DNA of 64,000 bases, taken from NCBI GenBank assembly GCA_028819255.1, contig JAPPMB010000147.1, positions 80,031-144,030 on the forward strand. Reading direction: 5' to 3'. Shown one piece after another: positions 36,312 to 45,265 of the stretch. The translations under genes and the position numbers were made by a program. The notes under the pieces were generated by a model that made no database searches, was not told the DNA's origin, and saw only the letters and a list, made by a program, of their open reading frames with translations. Numbering within the stretch: the first letter of the stretch is position 1; each line of letters begins with the position of its first letter. This stretch comes from Bryobacterales bacterium (GTDB lineage Bacteria; Acidobacteriota; Terriglobia; Bryobacterales; UBA6623).

Positions 36312-37763
36312 CTAGCCGATGCCCAGCGCGTCCCAGATCGGGTCCACCCTCCTCTTCACTTCCTCGTCCATCACGAGCACTTCGGGCCACGGCCGGGTGA
36401 AGCCCTCGGAAGCCCACTTGCGCGTCGCATCGATCCCCATCTTCGAGCCGTAGTCCGGAAGGCGGCTGGCGTGGTCCAAGGAGTCGACCGGTCCCATTGT
36501 GAACTGGATGTCCCGCTCGGGATCGATGTTGTTCAGGGCGCGCCACGCGACTTCCGAGTAGTTCTGGACGTCCACATCGTCATCGACGACCACGATGCAC
36601 TTCGTCGAAGACGCCTGTCCCAGGCCCCAGATGGTGTTCATGACCTTGCGCGCCTGTCCGGGATACGACTTGCGGATCGAGACCAGCATGAGGTTGTGGA
36701 AGATGCCCTCCGGCGGCATCGCCATGTCCACGATCTCGGGGGCCTGCAGCCGGATGAGGGGCAGGAAGATCCTCTCGATCGCCTTCCCCATGTAGTAGTC
36801 CTCCATCGGCGGCGGCCCGACGATCGTCGTGGCGTAGACCGGATGCCTGCGCTGGGTGACGCAGTCCACGTGGAACACCGGGTAATCGTCCTCGAGCGAG
36901 TAGTAGCCCGTGTGGTCCCCGAACGGGCCCTCGGTGCGAAGCTCCCCGAGATTGACATGGCCCTCGAGCACGATTTCCGAGTTGGCCGGCACCTCGAGGT
37001 CGACGGTCTTGCACCGGACCATCTCCACGGGCTGCCGTCGAATGAACCCTGCGAACAGCATTTCGTCCAGGTCCGGCGGGAGAGGCAGGATGCCCGAGTA
37101 CATGGTGGCCGGATCGGAGCCGATCGCCACCGCGACATCCATGCGGGTCTCCTTGCCCTGCTTCCGGAGCCGCCGGTAGTGCTCGGCGCCCTGCTTGTGG
37201 GTCTGCCAGTGCATGCCGGTCGTGCGGTCGTCGTACACTTGCAGCCGGTAGGTGCCGCAGTTTCGCTTGCCGGTGATCGGATTGCGCGAAAAGACCATCG
37301 GCAGGGTGATGAACGGACCAGCGTCTCCGGGCCAGCAAGTCAGGACGGGGTAGTCGCTTAGCGAGAACGCCGCTTTCTTCACGACCTGCTGGCAGGGCCC
37401 CGACCGCACGGTGCGGGGGAGGAACTTGCGGATCTCGGCGAGCTTGGTCAGACCCTTCAGCTTTCCCGCAACCCCCTTCGGAACGCCGAGGTCCAGATAT
37501 TCGGTGATTCGCGCCGGAACCTCCTCGATGTCCCCGACCTCGAACGCGATCTGCATCTTCGACATGGAGGCATAGGCGTTGATCAGCAGGGGGACGGCGG
37601 ATCCCTTTGGGTTCTCGAACAGGAGGGCCGGGCCGCCGTTCTTGACGGCACGGTCCGCGATCTCGGAGATCTCCAGATGGGGGTCGACCTCGGCCTGAAC
37701 CCTTTTCAGCTCGCCCGCCCTTTCGAGCGCGGTAATGAATTCGCGAATGTCCCGGTATGCCAT
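36312..37763 (-). CDS. ubiD: UbiD-family (prenylated-FMN) decarboxylase, quinone biosynthesis type
   Basis: MAYRDIREFITALERAGELKRV...GGPALLFENPKGS...GTYRLQVYD...GPFGDHTGYY are UbiD family hallmarks. Confidence 0.88.
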   Translation of the reverse strand: MAYRDIREFITALERAGELKRVQAEVDPHLEISEIADRAVKNGGPALLFENPKGSAVPLLINAYASMSKMQIAFEVGDIEEVPARITEYLDLGVPKGVAGKLKGLTKLAEIRKFLPRTVRSGPCQQVVKKAAFSLSDYPVLTCWPGDAGPFITLPMVFSRNPITGKRNCGTYRLQVYDDRTTGMHWQTHKQGAEHYRRLRKQGKETRMDVAVAIGSDPATMYSGILPLPPDLDEMLFAGFIRRQPVEMVRCKTVDLEVPANSEIVLEGHVNLGELRTEGPFGDHTGYYSLEDDYPVFHVDCVTQRRHPVYATTIVGPPPMEDYYMGKAIERIFLPLIRLQAPEIVDMAMPPEGIFHNLMLVSIRKSYPGQARKVMNTIWGLGQASSTKCIVVVDDDVDVQNYSEVAWRALNNIDPERDIQFTMGPVDSLDHASRLPDYGSKMGIDATRKWASEGFTRPWPEVLVMDEEVKRRVDPIWDALGIG

Positions 37764-38017
37764 GTCGGAGCCGCGCGACGATCGGTGCGGCTGTCTCCCC
37801 AGAAGCTATCCTACTTGGCTCTGCCCGATTGGATCCCCTCGCCTCCGATCCGTGATCCGCAGGAGGGCCACTCTCCCTTCGCGCCTCCTGCAGTCGTCAG
37901 GACGGCGAGCGCCCGCCAAAAGCCCAGGTCGTATCCCGGACGCTCGACCCGAGGATAAGAGAAATGCGCGAGGCTTCCTGCATCCTCGGCGGTTTGCGAG
38001 GTGGAGGTTCGGGTGCT

Positions 38018-38806
38018 TCAGGGTCGAAAGCCGAGTCCGACAAGGACCGACTTCCCCAAGGGCGCGTCGAGCGCCGTTGGATGGATCACGAGGCCGGCCC
38101 TCAATCTCACTCGCCTTGAGATGTTCAGCAGCACTCCGCCACTGAAGTGGGGTGCCAGCTGGAGGATGCTGTCCTTGCTGACCTCGAAGCTATCGGACCT
38201 CACTAGGTCGGATCGCACCGGGTCGAGCTGCAGCTCACCGCCCATCGCCTCGCTCTCCGGCAGGAAGGCGACGTCGCCGCTGACCGGCCTGTGCGTGATG
38301 GCCTGTCGCAGGTGGGTGACTCCCAATCCGCCGCCAAAGTAGACGGAAAATTTCCTCTTCCGCACCATTCTCACAAAAGACGGGTAGATCGAAATCTGCG
38401 ACTGATTGGTGAAGTCTTCATTCGGGACATGGGGATTCAGCTGGTAGTAGAACACCGAGGGATGGAGGGTCAGCGGGTTGTGCAAGCCTTCCGGAACTTC
38501 CACAAAGCTAACTTGGCCGTCAATCAAGAGGCTCCATTTCGGCCTGAACGGGAGGAGGAGTGCCGCGCCGCCTTGCGGCCCCCACACTCTGCTCTTGAAG
38601 ACGTTGGACTGGTTGGCGAAGTAGTAGGTCCCGGTCATCCCATACACCTCAGGTCCGGGATCGGGCTGCTGGGAGTGTGCCGGGAGGGCCCAGCACGTGA
38701 TCAGCAAGAGCAGGCCGGCAACTCGAGCCAGGCCACGGAACCGCACTCTCCCCAGGTCGCCCGCATCGCGGGGACGCCCTTGACGAGCACTCTCCATCCG
38801 CCTCAC
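38018..38806 (-). CDS. putative outer-membrane beta-barrel protein
   Basis: It has a signal-like segment (LARVAGLLLLITCWALPAHSQ), alternating aromatic/Gly beta-strand pattern and a C-terminal VLVGLGFRP. The family was not recognised and the start is uncertain. Confidence 0.5.
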   Translation of the reverse strand: MRRMESARQGRPRDAGDLGRVRFRGLARVAGLLLLITCWALPAHSQQPDPGPEVYGMTGTYYFANQSNVFKSRVWGPQGGAALLLPFRPKWSLLIDGQVSFVEVPEGLHNPLTLHPSVFYYQLNPHVPNEDFTNQSQISIYPSFVRMVRKRKFSVYFGGGLGVTHLRQAITHRPVSGDVAFLPESEAMGGELQLDPVRSDLVRSDSFEVSKDSILQLAPHFSGGVLLNISRRVRLRAGLVIHPTALDAPLGKSVLVGLGFRP

Positions 38807-39182
38807 CGCGCCCGTTTCATGCCCCGTGGGAAGCCCTGTGGCAGCCCGCGCCCGTGCGAGGCCCCCGGATGTCGTAAGCGATGCGGAGTGAATCCTCGAT
38901 GCTCGGCGCGCATCGCCCGAGGCGGGCTTGGATCGAACGCATCGAGACGCCTCAGGAGGTTGGCGTGGATTCCAGCCAGGCCCCAGCGTGCTCCATGACC
39001 TGCTTGGGAATCCTCTTCGTCACGGCTTCTCCCTCCGAATGCCGAGTTTTCAAGTGTATGCACAGTCCTTCCTGGAGCGATGGACGCGGCAAACCGGATA
39101 GTGCTCGATGCGCGCACCGAGTCGGACGCAGGGCCGGGGCGTGCCGGACCGCCTCGAGGAATCGCCTGTCGCTACTTCGGCG

Positions 39183-40733
39183 TCAGTCGCCTGTGTCATT
39201 GAACGCCTCATGGTAGAGCGTCTCGATTTGCACTACCTCGTCGTCTCGCAACGCAGCGAATTCCCGATTGCGGCGACGACGGGACAACCTGCCTCCGTTC
39301 TGGTGCAGAAACCGGAACAATAGGTCGGACAGCCTCTCGGGCATGTCGACCATTTGGCTCACCTCGGCGCGAAACCTGTCATAGCGCTGCAGGAATGCCG
39401 CTTCCTCCGGCAAGTCCCGTTCGACGGTCTGCTGCACGCATTCGTACAGGAACTCGGCTTGAGGTGTCGCATCGAAGAACCGGTAGAAGTCAGCGGTGTC
39501 GTTTAGCACGCGAACATTGCCGCTCTCTGAAGGTTCCCAGTCAACGACTGGCAGCAACCGCTGGGAGTAGCTCTCCAGGGCAGCACGATACTCGTCGATT
39601 CGCCGATAGACGGTCGCCGATACCGGAAAGGTAATGCCGGGCGGGTTGAAGCCGCGCCTGGCCAGCACATGGTGAATCAGGTAGCGGTGGAGTCGGCCGT
39701 TGCCGTCCTCGAGTGGGTGGGCGTACACAAAGCCGAAGGCGAGCGTCGCCGCAGCTACGACTGGGTCGAGGTGTTGCGCGGCGCGCCGGTCGAAGTCGTT
39801 CATGCCTCGCATGAGGCTGACCAGGTCTTGCGGCCGGGCGCTCACATGGTCAGGGATCGGCGTGCCCAACTCCCGGTCCCGTTCTCCAACGAATCCACCC
39901 TCCACGCGCAGTCCAAGCCGGACGAAGCGGGCGTCTCCTATCACGATGCGCTGCAGCCGGAGGAGTTCGTCGAAATCCATCGGCTGCCGGCCTGCCTGGC
40001 CGATCGCCCTGCCCCACCGCTGGAGGCGGCCTTGGGGCGGGTGCTCTCCTTCAATGGCAAAACTCGATCTGGAATCCTTGAGCACCAGGAAAGCCGCCGT
40101 GCGGGACAGCAGGTCCTTCGGGACCCTGGCGACGGCATCGCGTGCCCGCACTTGCAACTGCATGGAAGCGAACCGGTCCAGAGTCTCGGTGCGGAAGACC
40201 AGAGGACAAAACTCCGGCGTGCCCGGCAGGTTGTTCTTCACCCTGTGCCGCCGCGAGGTCTTGGGGCGGACTGCGAACTGACGGTCAGGATTGACAACGA
40301 GAGGGTACCTCCCTTGCTCCGCGTTGGGCAGATCCAGCCGGCATCCGGTGAGCCATTCATAGAGAAACCAAGTTCGCCGGGCGTAGATGCCTGTGGGCTT
40401 GGCCTTGACGATGCTCTCGACCGGCTCCGGACCGGTCGCGGCGAACAAGCGTCTGAGGACTGCGAGATCGAGCCCTTCGTGCTTCAGGGCGAATGTGAGG
40501 TGGCCTTGAAGGCTCGCTCGAGGCGCATAAGGTGGTGAGTAGATCCGCCAGCCTGCCTCTTCAATGACCCTGTGCCTTTCCCCGATGGCGCTCAGAGTCC
40601 GCGGAAGAGGCACACGGAGACCAAATGCGCCGATGAGCGCGGCGTAGCCGCACGGGGAAGCAGCTACGGGAAGCCTTCGCTTTCGAAAAACGGTAACAGG
40701 ACGTGAAAAACGATCCTGATGGGGGAGTCTCAT
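39183..40733 (-). CDS. Fic-family protein (AMPylase-type) with internal inhibitory motif
   Basis: The Fic motif is HPLEDGNGRLHR, and the upstream (S/T)xxxE(G/N) motif is SFAIEG. The gene has visibly lower G+C than its neighbours and an AT-rich upstream region. Confidence 0.85.
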   Translation of the reverse strand: MRLPHQDRFSRPVTVFRKRRLPVAASPCGYAALIGAFGLRVPLPRTLSAIGERHRVIEEAGWRIYSPPYAPRASLQGHLTFALKHEGLDLAVLRRLFAATGPEPVESIVKAKPTGIYARRTWFLYEWLTGCRLDLPNAEQGRYPLVVNPDRQFAVRPKTSRRHRVKNNLPGTPEFCPLVFRTETLDRFASMQLQVRARDAVARVPKDLLSRTAAFLVLKDSRSSFAIEGEHPPQGRLQRWGRAIGQAGRQPMDFDELLRLQRIVIGDARFVRLGLRVEGGFVGERDRELGTPIPDHVSARPQDLVSLMRGMNDFDRRAAQHLDPVVAAATLAFGFVYAHPLEDGNGRLHRYLIHHVLARRGFNPPGITFPVSATVYRRIDEYRAALESYSQRLLPVVDWEPSESGNVRVLNDTADFYRFFDATPQAEFLYECVQQTVERDLPEEAAFLQRYDRFRAEVSQMVDMPERLSDLLFRFLHQNGGRLSRRRRNREFAALRDDEVVQIETLYHEAFNDTGD

Positions 40734-40972
40734 GAGTTAATGGTCATTAGACCAGAAAAACTGCGTCTGAATTGAAGACGTGCCAAGACAACAGTACCGT
40801 TGCGTGAATTCAACTAACATTTCCGGCTTCTGACAAGCGCAGGGAGACATGAGAACATCCTGTGCGGCAAACGAGGATCGTATTCGTTACCTATGGGATC
40901 CACACGCTGACACGGTCCGGGTCGGCGTTCCGCAGGCCGCCTCAACCGCACTATCCCGTGCGGACCCCAGCC

Positions 40973-41317
40973 TCAGCCGTTGCCCTCGCACAACAACCGC
41001 CCTCCGCGCTCAGCTGCCACAGCGCATGCGAAGACGTCGCCGAGGCTGAGGCCGTACGGATGGGAAGCCCGGCCAGACCGCATGAACGCTCGGCGGACAA
41101 CCAAGGCCTGATCGTTGTCGACCGAAGCGCTCCCGACGCGCGCCTTGCCAGTCAGCAGGCCCAGGTCCCGCAGGCCGTCGGGCTGAATCCACGCGCCGAC
41201 GACCATCGGAGTCCGCAAGACGGACGCCACCGGCATCGCACAAGCGAAGTCCCTGAACTCTGGCTTGTTCTGAAGAACAGCCACCAGCGCCGAGGCGTCG
41301 ACGACCACCAGGTACAC
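40973..41317 (-). CDS. vapC: VapC-like PIN-domain protein, probably decayed
   Basis: The GTG start gives YLVVVDASALVAVL (first PIN Asp). GLSLGDVFACAVA carries the third Asp. The usual second acidic residue was not recognisable, and the C-terminus ends early (LLCEGNG*). Confidence 0.6.
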   Translation of the reverse strand: MYLVVVDASALVAVLQNKPEFRDFACAMPVASVLRTPMVVGAWIQPDGLRDLGLLTGKARVGSASVDNDQALVVRRAFMRSGRASHPYGLSLGDVFACAVAAERGGRLLCEGNG

Positions 41318-41419
41318 AGGCCGTTCCTGTCGTACACGAGGATCTGGTCCGCGCCGCTGGAATCGAGGACCGGCAGGGACGCGCGGCTGTCCTTGTACTC
41401 TGAGCGGCGAGGGCCGATT

Positions 41420-42112
41420 TCAGCTCAGGCGCAGTGGCCGGTTCAGGTATTCGAGGAGGGGTGCGAGAATCCGGAAGTGTCCGTCAATGAGGTCTCCGAT
41501 CGACGGCTTCTCGATCTCCGCAGCGGGGAAATTCGCCCCGGAAAGGTATTGTTTGAAGGCCAGCAGGTCTGCGGCGGGATGATCGCGTCTGAAGCCGCGC
41601 GGCGTTCCCTTCAGACGCTTTCCCTCGAGGCCGGAGAACTTTCTCGCGAAGGCCTCGTCCGACAGGATCCCGCGCAATCGGTCCGGGTCCTCCGCAATCC
41701 GCCCACGTATCCGTCGCAATTCGGCAGAGCCGGGTGCGTACAGACCGCCTCCAATCAGCAGCTCCTCCGGAGAGAAGTGGAAGTAGAAGCCGGCCGCACT
41801 GTGGCGCGGGAGACCGACCGGAGGGAAGATCGCGGCGGCGTTCGTCTTGTACGGCTGCTTGTTCCGGGAAAAGCGGATGTCGCGGTAGATGCGGTACACC
41901 GACTTTCGGGGGTCCTGCAGGTAGCCTGGCGCGTACCTGGGGATCGAGTTGCCAATCTCCTCCACGAGCTGCAGAAGCGGCTGGCGCACATGCCGCTCGT
42001 AGTCGGCCTTGCGGGCCTTGAACCATTCGCGGTTGTTGTTCTCACGCAGGGCCCGAAGAAACTGTCGCGCCTCGGGCGGAAATCCCTGGAATCGAAAGCT
42101 CACCACTTCCAT
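41420..42112 (-). CDS. DUF2461 (TIGR02453) family protein
   Basis: FQGFPPEARQFLRALRENNNREWFKARKADYERHV...YRIYRDIRFSRNKQPYKT...GFYFHFSPEELLIGGGLY is the family pattern. Confidence 0.8.
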   Translation of the reverse strand: MEVVSFRFQGFPPEARQFLRALRENNNREWFKARKADYERHVRQPLLQLVEEIGNSIPRYAPGYLQDPRKSVYRIYRDIRFSRNKQPYKTNAAAIFPPVGLPRHSAAGFYFHFSPEELLIGGGLYAPGSAELRRIRGRIAEDPDRLRGILSDEAFARKFSGLEGKRLKGTPRGFRRDHPAADLLAFKQYLSGANFPAAEIEKPSIGDLIDGHFRILAPLLEYLNRPLRLS

Positions 42113-42174
42113 GATGCGGGAAAGCGCGGCTCCGGCCGCCCGCAAGACCTTGCCTCGCCCCGCCCTACAATTGG

Positions 42175-43152
42175 ATGTTGGAGGACGCGACTCAGGCCTC
42201 TCGTGCCTTGGCCGACCGCCTTTCCCGAATCAGCGGCCTGACGGTCGAGACCGGGGTGCAGCTGAAGACATGCACGCGGTTCGCCGTCGGAGGGCCCGCA
42301 GACGTGTTCGCCCGGGCCGGGAATGCGGGAGCCCTCAGCGAGGCCTTTCTTGCCGCCCGACAGGCGGGCGTTCCGTTCTGTCTGCTGGGCGACGGGAGCA
42401 ACGTCGTTGCGGCCGATGAAGGCTTTCGGGGGCTCGTCGTGCGCTACACGGCGGATCGTCTCGAGTACCGGAACGGGGGGATCGAGGCCGATGCGGGCGG
42501 AAGCCTGCAGGCGCTCGTGGACCTGACGATCGAGCATTCGCTGGAAGGCATGCATACGCTGACCCGCATTCCCGGCTCCGTTGGCGGGGCCGTCTACGGG
42601 AACGCCGGCGCCTACGGCCACCAGATTGACGAGTTTGTCCAGCGGGTCGACTTCGTCGACGGGGCGCGACTCCGGTCGTTCGGCCCGGCCGAATGCGAGT
42701 TCGAGTACCGCGAGTCCGTCTTCAAGCGCCGCAAGGACTGGCTCATTGCAGGCGTGCGTCTTGTGCTTCCGCGCGGCCAGGGACACGCATTGCGCTCGCG
42801 TGCCGCCGAGATCCGGGAGGTGCGGGACAGGAAGTTTCCGCCCACCATGCGCTGCGCCGGCAGCATCTTCAAGAACCTCCACCTGCACACACTTCCGGAG
42901 CGTGCCGCCGCGATCGTGCCGGACCGGGCGGTGCGCGCCGGCAAGGTGGCTTCGGCATTCTTCCTCGAGCTGGTCGGAGCCAAGGGGATGCGCAACGGAG
43001 GCATCGAGATTGCTCCGTACCATGCAAATCTGATCTACAATCTCGGCGGAGGCACTGCCGCCCAGATTCTCGAGCTGGTGGCGGAGCTCAAGTCGCGCGT
43101 GCGGCAGCGTTTCGGCTTCGAGGTCGAGGAGGAAGTGCAGTACATTGGCTGA
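42175..43152 (+). CDS. murB: UDP-N-acetylenolpyruvoylglucosamine reductase
   Basis: The FAD-binding N-terminus is TRFAVGGPADVF...PFCLLGDGSNVV. It continues GSVGGAVYGNAGAYG...AGSIFKN...GGIEIAPYHANLIYN. Confidence 0.88.
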   Translation: MLEDATQASRALADRLSRISGLTVETGVQLKTCTRFAVGGPADVFARAGNAGALSEAFLAARQAGVPFCLLGDGSNVVAADEGFRGLVVRYTADRLEYRNGGIEADAGGSLQALVDLTIEHSLEGMHTLTRIPGSVGGAVYGNAGAYGHQIDEFVQRVDFVDGARLRSFGPAECEFEYRESVFKRRKDWLIAGVRLVLPRGQGHALRSRAAEIREVRDRKFPPTMRCAGSIFKNLHLHTLPERAAAIVPDRAVRAGKVASAFFLELVGAKGMRNGGIEIAPYHANLIYNLGGGTAAQILELVAELKSRVRQRFGFEVEEEVQYIG

Positions 43153-43170
43153 CACTCAGAGGTCGATGCG

Positions 43171-43839
43171 GTGAGACACGCGATTCTGGCGCTACTGCTC
43201 CTCGCTCCGGCGGCGGTCGCAGCAGACTGGTCTGACCTGACGAGGAACGGGCTTGACGACTGGGAAGTGCTGGGGGAAGGGCACTGGCGCGTGCGCTCCG
43301 ACGGAGTTGTCACGGCCTATTTCAGCCACGACCGCCAGGAAGAGCTGGCGGGACCGGGGCCGATTGACCGGGAACGGTTCGTTTGGTGGAGCACACGTCA
43401 GTCCTGGCTCTATACCAAGCGGGAGTTCGAGGAGTTCGACCTGCATCTCGAGTACTGGGTGAACACGCCCGGCAACAGCGGCATCTCGATTCGCGACCCC
43501 TCGCGGGCGCGCTGCGGCATCGCCGAACGCCCGGACTACGAATGCACTCCGTCGAAGCTGGGCTACGAGATCCAGATCGACAGCGAGTACACGGGGAGAT
43601 GGTCCACCGGCTCGATATACGGCTTCGCGAGGGCTCCCGAAGGGCTCGCGAAACCGGACGAGTGGAACCGGATCAACATCAAGTCCCGCACGGACTCGAT
43701 CAGGGTCTACGTGAACGGGGTGCTGGCCTCGGAGCACATCGGCGATCCGGAGCGCCCGCTGAAGGGACCGATCGGTCTCCAGCTGCACGATGTCCATAGC
43801 TTCGTGATGTTCAGAAACCTCTGGATTCTCGAGCGCTAG
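43171..43839 (+). CDS. DUF1080 (3-keto-disaccharide hydrolase-like) secreted protein
   Basis: It has a signal peptide (MRHAILALLLLAPAAVAA), then GLDDWEVLGEGHWRVRSDGVV ... NSGISIR ... GPIGLQLHD...VMFRNLWI. Confidence 0.75.
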   Translation: MRHAILALLLLAPAAVAADWSDLTRNGLDDWEVLGEGHWRVRSDGVVTAYFSHDRQEELAGPGPIDRERFVWWSTRQSWLYTKREFEEFDLHLEYWVNTPGNSGISIRDPSRARCGIAERPDYECTPSKLGYEIQIDSEYTGRWSTGSIYGFARAPEGLAKPDEWNRINIKSRTDSIRVYVNGVLASEHIGDPERPLKGPIGLQLHDVHSFVMFRNLWILER

Positions 43840-44012
43840 TCCTGCGGGCCAATGCTCGCCCGGCTGAGGAATCGGTTCTTAACGCGATTGCCCGTCCCAG
43901 TCCCTCTGGCTCGCTTGCTAAGCACAAGGCTTCAAGTTAGGTCAGCAATTCGTCGTGACTGTTTGGCCCTCGGGGTCCCCTTCGCTTGCGAATTCCTGAT
44001 ACGCTCCCATCG

Positions 44013-45257
44013 ATGGCTTCCAACGCGACACGACGACAGTTCCTGGGAGGTCTCGCGGCCGCTTCGGCGGTTACAGCCCGCCCCGCCGCAGCGCCTGCAG
44101 CGGAACGCAGCGAGAACTACTGGGAGGGGGTTCGGCAGCAGTTCCTCTTCCACGAGCAACGGGTGCCGATGAACGCGGCGAATCTGTGCCCTGCGCCCAG
44201 GAGCGTCGCCTCGGCCGTGACCGACCTGACGCGGTCCATCAATGTCGACTGTTCGTTCCAGAACCGCGCTCGATTCGACCGGGACAGGGAAGCCGCGCGG
44301 GAGCTGGTGGCCGGCCAGCTTGGGGTCACCGCCGACGAGATCGCACTGGTTCGCAACACGAGCGAGGCAAACAACATCGTCAACAACGGACTGGATCTCG
44401 GCCCGGATGAGGAAGTGGTGACCTGGGACCAGAACCACCCGACCAACAATGTCGCCTGGGCCGTGCGGGCCCGCCGCCGCGGATTCGCGGTGCGGTCCGT
44501 GACGGTTCCCGCCGATCCCGTCGGCCCGGAAGACCTGATCGAGCCGTTTCGCCGCGCTCTCACACCGAGGACTCGTGTTCTGGCACTGACCCACGCCTCC
44601 AACGTCAGCGGCATTCGGCTGCCGGTACGTGAGCTCTGTTCGATCGCGCACCGCCAGGGTATCCACGTGCATGTGGACGGTGCCCAGACGTGGGGGGCGC
44701 TCTCAGTCGACCTGCGGGAGCTCGACTGCGATTCCTATGCCGCCAGTGCGCACAAATGGTACTGCGGGCCGAAGGAGGTCGGACTGCTCTACGTTTGCCG
44801 GGAGCGCATCGACCGGATCTGGCCCAATACCGTGGCTCCAGGCTGGGGAGCCACCGCCGACACGGAGCTCGCCGGCGCCCGGAAATTCGAGTCGATGGGC
44901 CAGCGCGACGATGCCGCGCTGAGCGCGCTCGGCACTGCGGCCGAGTTCCATGCCGCCATCGGCACCGATCAGGTCGAGGCCCGCGTCCTAGAGCTCGCTT
45001 CCGCTCTCAAGCAGTTCCTGCAGGCGATCGGGGCGCGGCTGGTGACACCGATGGACGAGGAGCTGAGCGCCGGCGTGTGCATCGTGGATGTCCCGTCCGC
45101 AAGACGCCAGGAGCTGTTCGAGGCCATGTACGAGCGATACGGCATCGCCGGCTCGACGTCCGGGGGCTTTCGCCTGTGCCCCCATGTCTACAACACCCGG
45201 CAGCATGTGGAGAGGGCTGCGCAGGGGATCGAGGCGCTTCGAGGCCTCTGGGCATAG
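44013..45257 (+). CDS. class V PLP-dependent aminotransferase-fold enzyme with Tat signal
   Basis: MASNATRRQFLGGLAAASAVTA carries the Tat motif. THASNVSG and SAHKWYCGPKEVG (PLP Lys) are typical of the class V fold. Confidence 0.8.
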   Translation: MASNATRRQFLGGLAAASAVTARPAAAPAAERSENYWEGVRQQFLFHEQRVPMNAANLCPAPRSVASAVTDLTRSINVDCSFQNRARFDRDREAARELVAGQLGVTADEIALVRNTSEANNIVNNGLDLGPDEEVVTWDQNHPTNNVAWAVRARRRGFAVRSVTVPADPVGPEDLIEPFRRALTPRTRVLALTHASNVSGIRLPVRELCSIAHRQGIHVHVDGAQTWGALSVDLRELDCDSYAASAHKWYCGPKEVGLLYVCRERIDRIWPNTVAPGWGATADTELAGARKFESMGQRDDAALSALGTAAEFHAAIGTDQVEARVLELASALKQFLQAIGARLVTPMDEELSAGVCIVDVPSARRQELFEAMYERYGIAGSTSGGFRLCPHVYNTRQHVERAAQGIEALRGLWA

Positions 45258-45265
45258 CCGCTGGA

